A stretch of DNA of 64,000 nucleotides from Acidobacteriota bacterium (GTDB lineage Bacteria > Acidobacteriota > UBA890 > WLXD01), in contig CAXWPH010000014.1 of NCBI GenBank assembly GCA_963666055.2, forward strand, positions 384,001-448,000. The letters are read 5' to 3'. The position numbers and the translations under genes were made by a program. Of this stretch, positions 23,448 to 37,902 are shown piece after piece. Under the pieces are notes generated by a model, which worked only from the letters and a program-made list of their open reading frames with translations, had not been told where the DNA came from and searched no databases. Within the stretch, counting starts at the first letter, position 1, and each line of letters opens with the position of its first letter.

Positions 23448-24124
23448 TGATGGGAATCGAACGGCTCGCCGAGATCCCTCTGTTCGCCGGTTTGAGCGAA
23501 TCGGCGCGCTGCGAACTCGCTGGCGGCGCCGTGGAGCGCGAGTTTGCCCGTGGCGAGACGATCTGGCTGGAGGGCGATGAGCCGCGCGGTTTGTTCTTCG
23601 TCGTATCGGGTCAGGTGCGGATTCTGGGCTCCCGCGGAGCGAGGCAATACGTGGTGCACACAGAGAGGACGGGCGCTACGCTGGGTGAAGTGCCGTTGTT
23701 CGCCCCTGGTGGATACCCAGCCACTGCGGTGGCGGCAGCGCCGACGCGCTGCATCGTCATCGGCATGCGCCCGCTTCGTGCCGCCATGGCGGCGGATCCG
23801 GTGTTAGCTTGGGTTCTGCTCGAGGGGCTCGCCCGTCGCGTGCGGCTGCTCGCGGCGCGGCTCGAGTCGCTCACGGCGGGAACTGTGCGCTCACGCCTGG
23901 CCGACTATCTGCTCGATCGGCTAGCGTTAGCACCCTCCGACTCCATCGAGCTCGGCGGCACACAAGAGGAGCTCGCCGAGGAGCTGGGGACCGTGCGCGA
24001 GGTCGTAGTCCGCGAGCTCGCGGGCTTGCGCCGGGAGAGGATACTCGAAGCCACCGGGCGCGGCGGTTTCCGCGTCGCCGACCCGGACAGGCTCGACAGT
24101 ATCGCCCGGCAAGACGACGGGTAA
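23448..24124 (+). CDS. Crp/Fnr-family transcriptional regulator
   Basis: IPLFAGLS, cNMP-binding fold (GEVPLF, YPATAVA), HTH TQEELAEELGTVREVVVREL. Confidence 0.92.
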
Positions 24125-24160
24125 CGGCGTAGTAACGGTGCCGTCCGCTTGCGTCTGCTG

Positions 24161-24222
24161 TTGGCTCTCGAACGGTCCAGCGATAGGCTTCAGGCGCTCT
24201 CCCACCCCTCTGTGGTATCGCT
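24161..24222 (+). promoter_or_regulatory. Repeated kinase promoter/leader module, copy 2
   Basis: TTGGCT-N17-TAGGCT-N33-ATG. Confidence 0.65.
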
Positions 24223-26866
24223 ATGGAACCCGGCACCAAGCTAGGCCACTACGAGATCGTCTCCCCGCTCGGTGCAGGCGGTATGGGCGAGGTATACCGA
24301 GCCCGCGACACGACGCTGGATCGTGATGTCGCCATCAAGGTGCTGCCGGAAGACTTCGCAAGCGATGCCAACAGGCTCGCCCGATTCGAGCGCGAAGCGA
24401 AGCTACTCGCCTCGCTGAACCACCCCAACATCGCCACGATCTTCGGGTTCGAGGAATCCGACGGGGTGCGCTTCATCGCCATGGAGCTGGTCGAGGGCCA
24501 AACCCTCGCCGAGCGCATTGAAGCCTCCGGACGCATCGAGTTCGACGAGGCGCTAGAGATCGCCCGGCGGATCGCCTTTGGCGCTAGAAGCAGCTCACGA
24601 GGCCGGCGTGATCCACCGCGACCTGAAGCCCGCCAACGTGCAGGTAGCAACCGCTGGCACCGTCAAGGTGCTCGATTTCGGGCTGGCCAAACCCCTTGAT
24701 CCCCAGGGGGCACCGGATCCGAGCGAATCGCCCACGATGATGGCGGCTACCGGGGCCGGCATGATCATGGGCACGGCTCCCTACATGAGCCCGGAGCAGG
24801 CACGGGGTCAGCCGGTCGATAAGCGGAGCGATATTTGGTCGTTTGGCTGTGTGCTGTACGAGATGTTGGCGGGGAAGCCGCCGTTTTCTGGCGAGACGGC
24901 CAGCGATGTCATGGCGGCGATCATCAAGGAGGAACCGGAGTGGGCATCGCTTCCGGAGGCCACACCGAGTGCACTCAGGCGACTCCTTGACCGATGTCTC
25001 ACGAAGGATCCGCATGAACGTCTCCACGACATTGCGGATGCTCGTATCGAAGTCAAACGCGCTATCGACGATCCAGAAGGCGGTATGTCTCGAGCAGACG
25101 GATCCGGTGAGGTCACGAAGCCCTTGTCGTACTTGGGTATCGGTCTTGCGGGCTTGGCAGCAGGGGCAGCGTTGGTGCTGGTGATCATGGGATGGTCAAC
25201 GGGTTCCTCGAGCACGGGCGGTGCGCCACGCCATGTCCGGCTGGCCGACATAGAAGGGTTGACCTACAGCCGGGACCAGATACAGATCGCCATCTCGCCG
25301 GACGGACGGCGCCTGGCGTTTACTCCGGTCGACGCTCCGATTCAGGTTCTCGACTTGGCCCTAGGCGACGAATTCGAACCGATTCCCGGCACGGAGGGCG
25401 CTATGAGCCCGTTCTTTTCGCCTGCCGGGCAACTCGGTTTCCAAGCGGTGAACAATCGGCTCACGTTGATTCCCCAAGGAGGCGGTCGTCCGCAGGCGGT
25501 TCCTGGGGCGACCTCAGCAAGGCTCACCGGCGCCTCGTGGTCTGGTGACGATCGGATCCTGTTCACTCCCGCCTTCGGAGGTACCGTAATGCAGGTGCCG
25601 GTCAAGGGCGGAACTCCTGAGCCGCTGTTCGAGTTCGAAGAAGGGGAGATCTCTCACAGCGGCGTGTCGATGCTGCCCGATGGCGAGCACGTGCTCTACA
25701 GCTTCTGGGACACGGATTGGCGAATCGGTGTCAGGTCTTTGACCAGCGGGCGCCGAACGATCGTGGTCGACCGCGGGCAGGCGCCGCGTTTCGCTCCCAC
25801 GGGGCACCTGGTGTTCGTTCGGGGCGACGCGCTGATGGCGGCGATGTTCGATCCGGACACTCTGGAAACCGGCGAGCCCATCCAGCTCCTCGATGGCGTT
25901 TTGGCGAGGGAATCCGACGGTGTGGCCGCCTATGCGTTCTCTGCCGAGGGCACCCTGGTCTATCTGGTGGCCGCTGGCGATCCTGAAGCGCGCTTGCTTC
26001 GGTTCGACTTCGACGGCGGGGTTCGGCCACTAAGTGACGTCCGCGCCGACTTTGGCACCGCTGACTACGGCGACCTGGACCTCTCGCCAGATGGGCAGCG
26101 GCTGGCCATCGCGATCAACGATCCTATCGAGGGCGAGGAGGTCTGGGTCTATGATCTCGACCGCGACGACATGGTGCCGATCGCCCAGGGCGAAGCCTGG
26201 GACCACTTTCCGGTCTTCTCGCCGGACGGGCAGAGGATCGCCTACTCGTCCGAACGGCTCGGGTCCGGGGACGTTTTCTTCCGCGCTGCCGACGGCAGCG
26301 GGCCGGAGACAGCAGCCATCGTCGGGCCGGTCTACAAGCAGGTCCGGTCATGGTCGCCCGACGGCCTGATCGCCGTGAGCCAGCGATCGAGGGAGAGCGA
26401 AGATACTTGGGTCTACCCCCTGGACGATCCTGACGCAGGGGCGCCTTTCGTGGCGACGATCGCCGACGAAGATCTTGCGAGATTCTCACCGGACGGCCGC
26501 TACATCGTCTACCAGTCGGACAAGACAGGCCGCAACGAAATCTACGTCGCGCCCTACCCGTCAGGACCTGATGTTTACGAGTGGAAGGTCACAACCGGCG
26601 GCGGCCTGCTGCCTCGATGGTCTGAAGATGGCACGCAGATCTTCTACCGGTCCGGCGCCAGCATCTTCGTTGCCGACGTCGTCGAAGAGGACCGGCTGCG
26701 CACTACATCGCCCCTACTTCTCCTGGAAGGCGTCGGGGATGGCGACTGGGACGTGTCCTCAGAGCGTCGGTTCTTGATCGCCGTGGAACCCCGCGATCTG
26801 CCGCAACCACACATGGTGTTCAATTGGTTCGAGGAGCTGAAACGCTTGGTGCCAACAGACCCTTAG
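24223..26866 (+). pseudogene. K2: Ser/Thr kinase-TM-propeller protein with a +1 frameshift at TTT 24577-24579 (real or sequencing error)
   Basis: ..ARRIA / LALEAAHEAGVIHRDLKPAN; the paralogues read GCC CTG GCG here; ends NWFEELKRLVPTDP. Confidence 0.88.
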
Positions 26867-26871
26867 CACGG

Positions 26872-27165
26872 CGTGGTGGAAGTGTGGCGGGCCTGGTTGC
26901 GGCGAGTTGGGGCCAGTTGGAATTCGGCCTGACGCTGGCGATGCTGCCGCGATCGTCGAGGAAGGCCAACGCCGCAGATAGCCCCAAATCGCCGTAACCC
27001 TTCGGGCGACAGGCCCGCCACACTTCCACGACGGCCACCCAGCGACCTTCGGTTCCGCTCGTCCGCAATGCCAGGACAGACACCAGTCATATATCTGTTT
27101 AAGAGCCCCGAGAAGGCCCCTCTACGGGCCGCCGGCAGCGTCACCGGCACTTCGGGCACTTCGGG
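26872..27165 (+). other. Highly structured intergenic element (candidate ncRNA or MITE-like element)
   Basis: 24-bp inverted repeat 26872-26895/27010-27033 (1 mismatch), nested 18-bp stem 26896-26913/26981-26998, four cTTCGg motifs. Confidence 0.55.
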
Positions 27166-27226
27166 GTCGACGGTCCGTCCGTGGACGTTAGAGGGCCACT
27201 GAGAGGCGGCATTCCGGCTTGTCCCG

Positions 27227-27288
27227 TGGACCCTCACCTGCCCTGGCGATAGGCTTCAGGCGCTCACCCACCCACCTCTGGTAACGCC
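27227..27288 (+). promoter_or_regulatory. Repeated kinase promoter/leader module, copy 3
   Basis: TGGACC-N17-TAGGCT-N33-ATG. Confidence 0.65.
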
Positions 27289-29975
27289 ATGGAACCCGGC
27301 ACCAAACTAGGCCCCTACGAGATCACCGAGCAGCTCGGCGCTGGCGGGATGGGTGAGGTGTACCGCGCTCGCGACACCAGCCTTGACCGCGATGTCGCCA
27401 TCAAGGTGCTGCCGGAAGACTTCGCAAGCGATGCTGTCCGGCTGGCACGGTTCGAGCGCGAAGCCAAGCTGCTCGCCTCCCTCAACCATCCCAACATCGC
27501 CACCATCCATGGGTTCGATGAGTCGGACGGTGTGCGCTTCATCGCCATGGAGCTGATCGAGGGTCAGAGCCTCGCCGAGCGGATAGAAGCCAGTGGCCGC
27601 ATAGATGTCGATGAGGCGTTAGAGATCGCTCGCCGGATCGCCCTGGCGCTCGAAGCCGCTCACGAGGCCGGCGTCATCCATCGTGATCTCAAGCCTGCCA
27701 ACGTGCAGGTCGCACCCGATGGCACCGTCAAGGTGCTCGATTTCGGGCTGGCCAAAGCCTACGAAGCGGAAGGCGGCGATCCGTCGTCCGACCTGAGCCA
27801 CTCGCCGACGATGATGGCCGCCACCGGCACTGGCGTGATCATGGGCACCGCTCCATACATGAGTCCCGAGCAGGCGCGTGGTCTGCCCGTCGACAAGCGC
27901 ACCGACATCTGGTCGTTCGGTTGCGTGCTCTACGAGATGCTCACGGGCAAGGCCGCGTTCGGTGGCAAGACCGTCAGCGACGTCATCGCCGCAATCATCG
28001 AGCGTGAGCCTGCCTGGGAGGCCGTGCCGAGAGCCACTCCGGCGATCGTCCAGCACGTCCTGCGCCGCTGCTTGGAGAAAGATCCGTCCCAACGTCTACG
28101 GGACATTGGCGATGCCCGCATCGAGATCATGAACACCATGGCGGGGTCCGATGTGGGCGTCGGTCTGACCGCTGGCCGCGCCGAGGCGACGCGGCCTTCA
28201 TGGTTGCGCGCAATACCTACACCCGTGGCGCTCGCCATGGCCGCGACAACTGCAGTGGCGGCGTGGGTACTGTCAGGCCCCGGCGGGGAGCCTCGTGAAG
28301 CCGTAGTGGTCGCCAGGTCCAGCATCGCTACTTCCGCGGACGTTCGGCTGCAGCACGCCGTAGCTCCTTCGCCACTGGCGATCGCGCCCGACGGTACGCA
28401 CCTGGTGTATGTGGGGGTCGATGACGGTATCAGCCGGCTTTACCTGCGCCCCATCCATGGGCTGTCAGCGACCCCTCTGAACGGCACCGAGGGCGCCTAC
28501 GGGCCGTTCTTCTCGCCGGATAGCGAGTGGTCGGCTTTGCCGCCGATGGCAGGTTGTTGAAGATCTCGGTCACCGGCGGGCCCCCGCTGCCAATCACCGA
28601 CGTCGAGTTGCTCCGCGGAGCCAGCTGGGCTCTTGACGACACGATCATCCTGGCACCAGGTCTCGAACACGGTTTGATGCGAGTGCCCGCAGCGGGCGGT
28701 GAGCCAGAAGCCATCACGACCGTGGAGGGCAACGACTCTCACCGCTGGCCGCAGGTGTTACCAGATGGGAAGACGGTGTTGTTCAACATGCTGACCAGCG
28801 GCCGGTATGACCAGTCGGCGATCGCGTTGCTGTCCATGGAGACCGACGAGATCACGGTGCTGCCGGTGGTCGGAACAGACCCTCACTACGTCCCGCCCGG
28901 CTACCTCGTCTTTGGACGCGGTGAGTCGCTGTTCGCTGTTCCCTTCGACGTGGACCGGCTGGAGGTAACCGGGTCACCTGCGTCCGTGATCGAGGGCGTC
29001 CTGGTCACCGTCGCCGGCCCTGGCTCCGTGTACTTTGCCGTCGCCGACACCGGGACCGTCGTTTATATGCCAGCGCTTCCGAACGAGCACAGCCTAGTTC
29101 TGGTCGATCGGCAGGGCCGAGAACAGCCGCTTCCGCTGCAGCCAGGTGCGTTCTCAGAACCACGCTTCTCGCCCGACGGACGGCAGATCGCCTACGTCTT
29201 GGCGGATCAAACCGACATCTGGGTCCATGATCTGGATCGGGGGACAACCGATCGATTCACCACCGATGGGGCCGACGATTACTCGCCGCTCTGGGCAGCG
29301 GACGGCGAGAGCTTGATCTTCAGCTCCGATCGCGCTGGCTATGGGGATCTGTTCCGCAAGCTGACGACCGGTGGCCCCGTTGCGGAGGTGTTGGCAACCA
29401 GCGGGAACTACAGATACCCGACTTCCCTAAGCCCCGATGGGCGCTTCCTGTTGTACACCGAACAGAGTAGCGCCACCGACTTGGATGTCTGGGTGCTCGA
29501 CACGATGGAGCCGGACGACCCCAGGCCGCTCGTACAAACGGAGTTCATGGAAGCAGCGGCGAGCTTCTCACCTGACGGACGATGGATCGCCTATGCGTCG
29601 GATGAATCCGGCAGGTCCGAGGTCTACGTGACGCCGTTCTCAAGCCAGGGCAGGCGCGTGCGGATCTCCACCCAAGGCGGGGTTTCGCCGCTTTGGGGGC
29701 CAGATGGCCGCCAACTGTTCTTCTGGTCGAGCGCCGGCATGCTCATGTCTGTTGCGGTTTCGCCAGCGGGCGAGCTCACTGTGGGTGAAGCTCGACCGCT
29801 GTTTGGCGGCGCGTACCTCACAAGCGATGTCTTCGGCGCCGAGCGAACCTTCGACATCGCACCGGACGGGCAGAGCTTCGTAGTGATCCGGCAGGACGAT
29901 CAGGGGCTCGACGAGATGGTCCTGATCACCAACTGGTTCGACGAGCTGAAGCGGCTCGTGCCGACGGACCCGTAG
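27289..29975 (+). pseudogene. K3: Ser/Thr kinase-TM-propeller protein with a -1 frameshift at GG 28529-28530 (real or sequencing error)
   Basis: Kinase motifs intact; FSPDSEW / VGFAADG is restored by adding one G; ends NWFDELKRLVPTDP. Confidence 0.88.
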
Positions 29976-30053
29976 CGCCCCTGAGCTGGCCGGCGCACAA
30001 CCGAACGCCCGATCTTGTGGGTAAGTTCGTGGATAATTGGCCACACCCGCTAA

Positions 30054-30077
30054 GGAGAGGTGGGCGATCATCTCTCC
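30054..30077. terminator. Hairpin between the convergent K3 and oxidoreductase genes
   Basis: ggagaggtg-ggcgat-catctctcc. Confidence 0.45.
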
Positions 30078-30080
30078 CGC

Positions 30081-32066
30081 CTAGGTCCTCTCCGCCCAAG
30101 GATACTGGAACTCGGGCCGGATGACGTCGGTGATCAGCTCTTGGACCGCACGGTGCGCCTGGTCGAACGCCGCCTGTGTAAGACACGTCGCGGCCGCGTC
30201 GGAGTTGGCGATGGCGATCCGCCCGAACCGCTTACGGCCCAATACCCAGGGAGCCTCGTCGTACCCCCAGTCGGGGTCGAAGAGGTCATTGTCCGCTCCC
30301 GCGTACCCGTGCGGCCAGCGGTTGACGAAGATGGCCTCGATGTCCCGGGCGGGATCGAAGCCTCCCTCCCCCAGGGCACGAGCAAGCTGATCCCTGATAC
30401 CACGCTCGAACGTCTCGAACGACATGGTCAGAAGCTCCTCCCGTGCGGCCCGCCACTGGTCCCGTACGGGAAGCCCCGGAGCGATCGGAGATGCCCAGAG
30501 CCTCAGAGAGACCGGTTCGTCGGGCAACTGGGCGGTCTGGTAATCCCCGAAGCTGTTGCTCCAATCGTCAAGACTGACACTTTCGAAGTACGCGCCCGGG
30601 CAATGGATACGCGCCACACCAAGCCGCTCGAACGCTCGCCAGTCGCGAACCATGACGTTGGCCGCAACGAAGGGTCTGCGCACCGCCATATGCAGGTGTT
30701 CTTTTTGGTCCTCCGGCAGCTCGGGACACAGATACGGGATCACCGAGTTGTAGCACGCCATCACGCAGGTGCCTGCGCGCACGCGATGCGCCTGGCCGTC
30801 CCTCACGTACGTGACGTCCACCGCGTTCGCCTTTGCCCGTTCGCCCACGTGGTGAGCGTTCACCACCGTGCTGTTGAGACGGATGCGCACGTCGTTTTCC
30901 GCCCGGTCGAGGGTCGAATACCGGACCCGCATCGGCACCGAATCGTTCATCGTGTCGCCCGGTAGCGAACCCGGAATCAGCCAGCGCACGAGGAGGCGGG
31001 CAATGCCAGCATTTCCGTCGGGGAAGTGCATGTCATCGAACGGATTCTCCAGCCCGGGGAATCCGTCTCTCGGCGGCGGCTCCCCGAGCCCGAGGCCCTG
31101 CAGCCCGGGTAAACCGCTGTACCGGAACGCAGCCCATCCGCTCAACGTATCGATACCGGCCGTGCCATTGGCATCCGGGCCGCGGCGCATGAAGAAGGGG
31201 ATCACGTCCGGGTCGACGCCGACGACGTTCAGCAGATAGTCCTGATAGCTCATCTTGCGGAGCCGAGCGATCTTCTCCTCCACCGACAATCCGGGGAAGT
31301 AATCCTCCTGCGTCTGGTACAGCTTCGCGATGTCCTTCTGCACCCGGTCCGAGAGCGGCGTCTTTCGAAGCCATTTCGTCCAGGCCTCCGGCTCGTCCGA
31401 TCCGGGTTCTCCTACCACCAGGCGATCTGCCCCGAACGTCTCCTCGTCGAACAAGATCGCGCTTCCCAAACCCCGCTCGCGCGCCCGGAAGTTACGTCCC
31501 ACGTTCGCACGCCCGTACACCTCCGCATCCAGACCGATGTCGTGGAGCAACTCCAGGCCTTCGTACGTATAGGCTCCCGTGATGTAGGCCGTACCGGCGT
31601 AGCAGATGACCTGGCGCCCGTCGACCATGTGCTCGTTCCGCTGCGCGTGCCCTCCGAAGTCGTCCTGGTTGTCCAGAATCAGGACCCGAGCCTCAGGCAT
31701 CGCCTTGCGGAAGTAGTAGGCCGCCCCGAGACCGCTCAACCCGCCACCCACCACGATCAGGTCGTACTCTTCCCCTGTTTCCTGCGGGTCGTCCCACGTC
31801 TCGCCGAACCGCATGCGATGAGCCACCTCGAACGACCCCGGATGGCTGCCCCGCATCCCCGTACGTGTCGGCGGATAGTACGTCTCCTGGCTCGGAGATT
31901 GATCGACGACTGGAGATGCGGCCGGAGCCAGCCGGGCATCGCGCCCCTGCGCCCCCACATCCCCCGGCACAAGGGCCGCTCCCGCGATCGCGATGCTCGT
32001 TCCGCTCACGAAGTCGCGACGGTTGATTTCCCGGTTCATGCCCAGCTCACGATCGCTCTTCTTCAT
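30081..32066 (-). CDS. Tat-exported FAD-dependent oxidoreductase (spermidine dehydrogenase SpdH-like)
   Basis: Twin-arginine NRRDFV; YYPPTRTGMRGSHPGSF; VVGGGLSGL; DDFGGHA; HFPDGN; NRWPHGYA. Confidence 0.85.
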   Translation of the reverse strand: MKKSDRELGMNREINRRDFVSGTSIAIAGAALVPGDVGAQGRDARLAPAASPVVDQSPSQETYYPPTRTGMRGSHPGSFEVAHRMRFGETWDDPQETGEEYDLIVVGGGLSGLGAAYYFRKAMPEARVLILDNQDDFGGHAQRNEHMVDGRQVICYAGTAYITGAYTYEGLELLHDIGLDAEVYGRANVGRNFRARERGLGSAILFDEETFGADRLVVGEPGSDEPEAWTKWLRKTPLSDRVQKDIAKLYQTQEDYFPGLSVEEKIARLRKMSYQDYLLNVVGVDPDVIPFFMRRGPDANGTAGIDTLSGWAAFRYSGLPGLQGLGLGEPPPRDGFPGLENPFDDMHFPDGNAGIARLLVRWLIPGSLPGDTMNDSVPMRVRYSTLDRAENDVRIRLNSTVVNAHHVGERAKANAVDVTYVRDGQAHRVRAGTCVMACYNSVIPYLCPELPEDQKEHLHMAVRRPFVAANVMVRDWRAFERLGVARIHCPGAYFESVSLDDWSNSFGDYQTAQLPDEPVSLRLWASPIAPGLPVRDQWRAAREELLTMSFETFERGIRDQLARALGEGGFDPARDIEAIFVNRWPHGYAGADNDLFDPDWGYDEAPWVLGRKRFGRIAIANSDAAATCLTQAAFDQAHRAVQELITDVIRPEFQYPWAERT

Positions 32067-32149
32067 TTCATGTCTCCTCGAGCGTCAAGGTGGGGGCAGT
32101 GAGACAGCGCCGCTGACGCAGTGATCGAAGAATTCCCTTGGGACAACAC

Positions 32150-32332
32150 ACAGCTGTAAAAGTTTGCCGTGGCCAGGCGATCCCAGTCTACTAGATGCCC
32201 AGACCGGGTCGATCCGGTGCCACTACGCTCCCGCGGTCCAGCAAGTTGCCGTTCTTCATTCCAAACTCGAAGGCCTCCTTGGGCATCGGCGCTTCGAAGT
32301 ACCGGGTCCGCTCATTGGCAAGCATCAGGAGT
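32150..32332 (-). pseudogene. C-terminal remnant of a mandelate racemase/enolase-superfamily gene
   Basis: Minus strand reads LMLANERTRYFEAPMP..GSVVAPDRPGLGI, then after a 1-nt shift VDWDRLA. Confidence 0.6.
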
Positions 32333-32368
32333 TCGATTCGCGACGACCCGGCGTGCCCGCCTCTCCCG

Positions 32369-32430
32369 TGGACCCTCGATTGCCGCAGCGATAGGCTTCA
32401 GGCGCTCACCCGCCCTACTTCGGGAGCGCC
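32369..32430 (+). promoter_or_regulatory. Repeated kinase promoter/leader module, copy 4
   Basis: TGGACC-N17-TAGGCT-N33-ATG. Confidence 0.65.
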
Positions 32431-35118
32431 ATGGACCCCGGCACCAAACTAGGCCCCTACGAGATCACCGAGCTGCTCGGCGCGGGCGGCATGGGCGAGG
32501 TGTATCTCGCCGAGGACACGCGCCTGGGCCGCAAGGTGGCCATCAAGGTGCTGCCCGCCGAGTTCGCCTCTGGCCCCGAGCGCCTCGCCCGCTTCGAGCA
32601 GGAGGCACGAGCTGCCGCTGCTCTGAACCACCCGCACATCGCAGCCGTTCATGACGTAGGCGTCGAAGACGGCACCCACTTCATGGTGCAGGAGTACCTG
32701 GAGGGCGACACGCTCCGGGAACCGCTGGGAAAGGGTGCGCTGCCGCTCAAGAAGGCGCTCGGTTTGGCCACCGAGATCGCCGAGGCTCTGGCAGCAGCAC
32801 ATGCCGCCGGGATCATCCACCGGGATCTGAAACCGGAGAACATCTTCGTCACCAGACAGGGCCACGCCAAGGTGCTGGACTTCGGCCTGGCGAAGCTGAC
32901 CGAGGTGGCCGCGACGGGTTCGCCCGACGATTTCACGCATTCACCCACAGCGATGGGCACTGCCGCCGGCCAGCTGATGGGCACTGCCGGCTACATGGCC
33001 CCGGAGCAAGTGGAGGGCTCCCCACAGATCGACCCATCGGGCCGATCTGTTCGCCTTCGGCTGCGTGCTGTACGAGATGGCCACGGGAACGCGACCCTTC
33101 GGTGGCAGGAACGTCGCCGAGGTTCTCCATCATCTGCTCAACAGCGAGCCCGAGCCGGTGAGCGACAGGCTACCACTGAAGCTGCAATGGACCCTCGACA
33201 AGTGCCTGGCAAAGGAGCCCGCTCGGCGCTACCAGCATGCCGATGATGTGGTGGTGGACCTGAAGGCGTTGGCCGGTGAGGTGGAGTCGGGTGCGGCACT
33301 TCCGACAACCCCTGTCGCCGTGGAAACGGCTCGCGGCATCCCATGGAAGCTGGCGGCCCCTGTGGCTGCCGCGCTCATGCTGGCGGTTCTTGCCACCTGG
33401 TGGACAATGCGACCGGAGCCCGGAAGCACCATCCGCCTGCAGCTCGACCCCCTCGTCGACACGATCCTGAGTCAGCTCGGCTCCGCAGTAGTGCTATCGC
33501 CCGATGGACGGCACGTTGCCTACGTCGAGGGTAGCAGGACGGGTGCAAGGGCGCTGTACCTTCGCGCTCTCGACCAGCAGGACTCGACGACACTCGCGTC
33601 GTCGGCAACCAGCGCGGGTTCGCCGTACCATCCCTTCTTCTCGCCCGACGGGCAGTGGGTAGGCTTTTCCACCACCACGGAGCTGAAGAAAGCGTCCATA
33701 GCCGGAGGCCCCCCGCAGTCGATCGCGCCGGTGGACCGTAACCGAGGTGCGGATTGGGGGCCCGACGATACGATCGTCTTCGCACCAACCTCCGCCAGCG
33801 GCCTGTCTCTCGTGTCGGCTGTCGAGGGTGAGCCGGGATCGCTCACCGAGCTTTCCGAGGGCGAGCGCAGCCACCGCTGGCCCCAGTTCTTACCCGGCGG
33901 AAAGGCCGTGCTATTCACTTCGGCGGAGACCGAAGACTTCGACAGGGCCAACCTCGAGGTCGTAGATCTCGAGACCGGCGAGCGCCAGGTCGTGCACCGG
34001 GGCGGCACCTACGGCCGATATGTGCCGACGGGCCATCTGGTGTATTCAAACGCCGGAGCGTTGTTCGCGGTGCCCTTCGACCTCGATACCTTGGAGACGA
34101 CCGGCTCGCCGCTACCCGTCGTCGAGAACCTCGCCGCCGACGCTGGAGGCGGGGTCTCGTTCGACTTCTCCGACACCGGGATGCTCGTCTATCACATGAG
34201 GGGTGGCGGCGCTTCGAGCGGTTTCCAACTCGCCTGGGTGGATCGTGACGGCCAAGTCGAGCCGCTGCCCTTCGAGCCGCGTCAGTCTCGGTACTTGGAC
34301 CTCTCGCCGGATGACCAGCGCATCGCGCTCCAAATCCCCGGAGATGATGGGGAGTGGGACATCTGGATCTACGAGGTTGAGCGAGGAGGTAGCCAGGTAC
34401 TGCTGACCACGGAGGGCAGCAACCAATTGCCCGTTTGGTCGCCCGATGGAGAGTGGGTCTTCTTCAGGTCGGATCGGGGTGGCGATAACGACATCTGGAA
34501 GCGCCGGGCTGACCGGAGTCTCGACGCCGAGCTGGTGTTGGATACAGAGGCTCCCGTGCACCCGTCGTCGATCTCGGACGACGGTGAGATGCTGCTATTT
34601 GTCAGCGGCCCCCAAGAGAGTCGTGACGTGGGGATACTGGCTCTCGATACAGGTGATACGGAATTGTTGGTCGATACCGCCGCCAATGAGGATTGGCCCA
34701 GTTTCTCGCCGGACGGTCGCTTCTTCGCCTTCATGTCGGGCGAGACCGGGCAATACGAGGTGTACGTGCGGGAGGTATCGAGCGGTCGGACATTTCCGGT
34801 CTCTACGAGTACCCGTGGTGGTGCTATCCCTCGCTGGTCACGGGATGGAAGGGAGATTTACTACCGCTCCCCCGTAAGCTCAGGCATCCTCGTTGCGGAA
34901 GTGGATTTGGAGTCGTTTTCCGCATCCGACCCTGTCGAAGTCTCGGACATCGTCATGCATGCAGTGTCCAACTTCGATGTCACCGCCGATGGCCAGAAGT
35001 TCCTGGTGACGGTGCCCGTTGGTACTGATGAGACTGGGGGCACGGCACCCAGCACACGACTCAACGTCGTCCTCAACTGGTTCGAGGAATTGAACCGGCT
35101 CGTGCCGACCGGCGGCTC

Positions 35119-35122
<4 letters not shown>
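32431..35122 (+). pseudogene. K4: Ser/Thr kinase-TM-propeller protein with a +1 frameshift at CCC 33033-33035 (real or sequencing error)
   Basis: QID / HRADLFAFG is restored by removing one C (compare K1); ends NWFEELNRLVPTGGS like K1. Confidence 0.88.
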
Positions 35123-37695
<2,573 letters not shown>

Positions 37696-37728
37696 CGGTT
37701 ACCTATCGTTGTCCCGGATTCTCTGCCG

Positions 37729-37788
37729 TTGGATCTCGTACGCCCTGACGATACGCTTCAGACGCTCACCCACCCCTCTGGGAGCGCC
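37729..37788 (+). promoter_or_regulatory. Repeated kinase promoter/leader module, copy 5
   Basis: TTGGAT-N17-TACGCT-N31-ATG. Confidence 0.6.
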
Positions 37789-37902
37789 ATGGAACCCGGC
37801 ACCAAACTAGGCCCCTACGAGATCCTCGAGCAGCTCGGTGCAGGCGGCATGGGAGAGGTGTACCTGGGGGCTTCCGTTATCGCATTGGCCACGGGTCACT
37901 AG
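37789..37902 (+). pseudogene. K6: kinase 5' stub; right edge of the array
   Basis: [26 protein letters not shown], then unrelated sequence and TAG. Confidence 0.88.

Noticed and set aside
26863-27237. 124-aa minus-strand ORF containing PEVPEVP
   Set aside because: No family motif; better explained by the inverted and tandem repeats of the structured element
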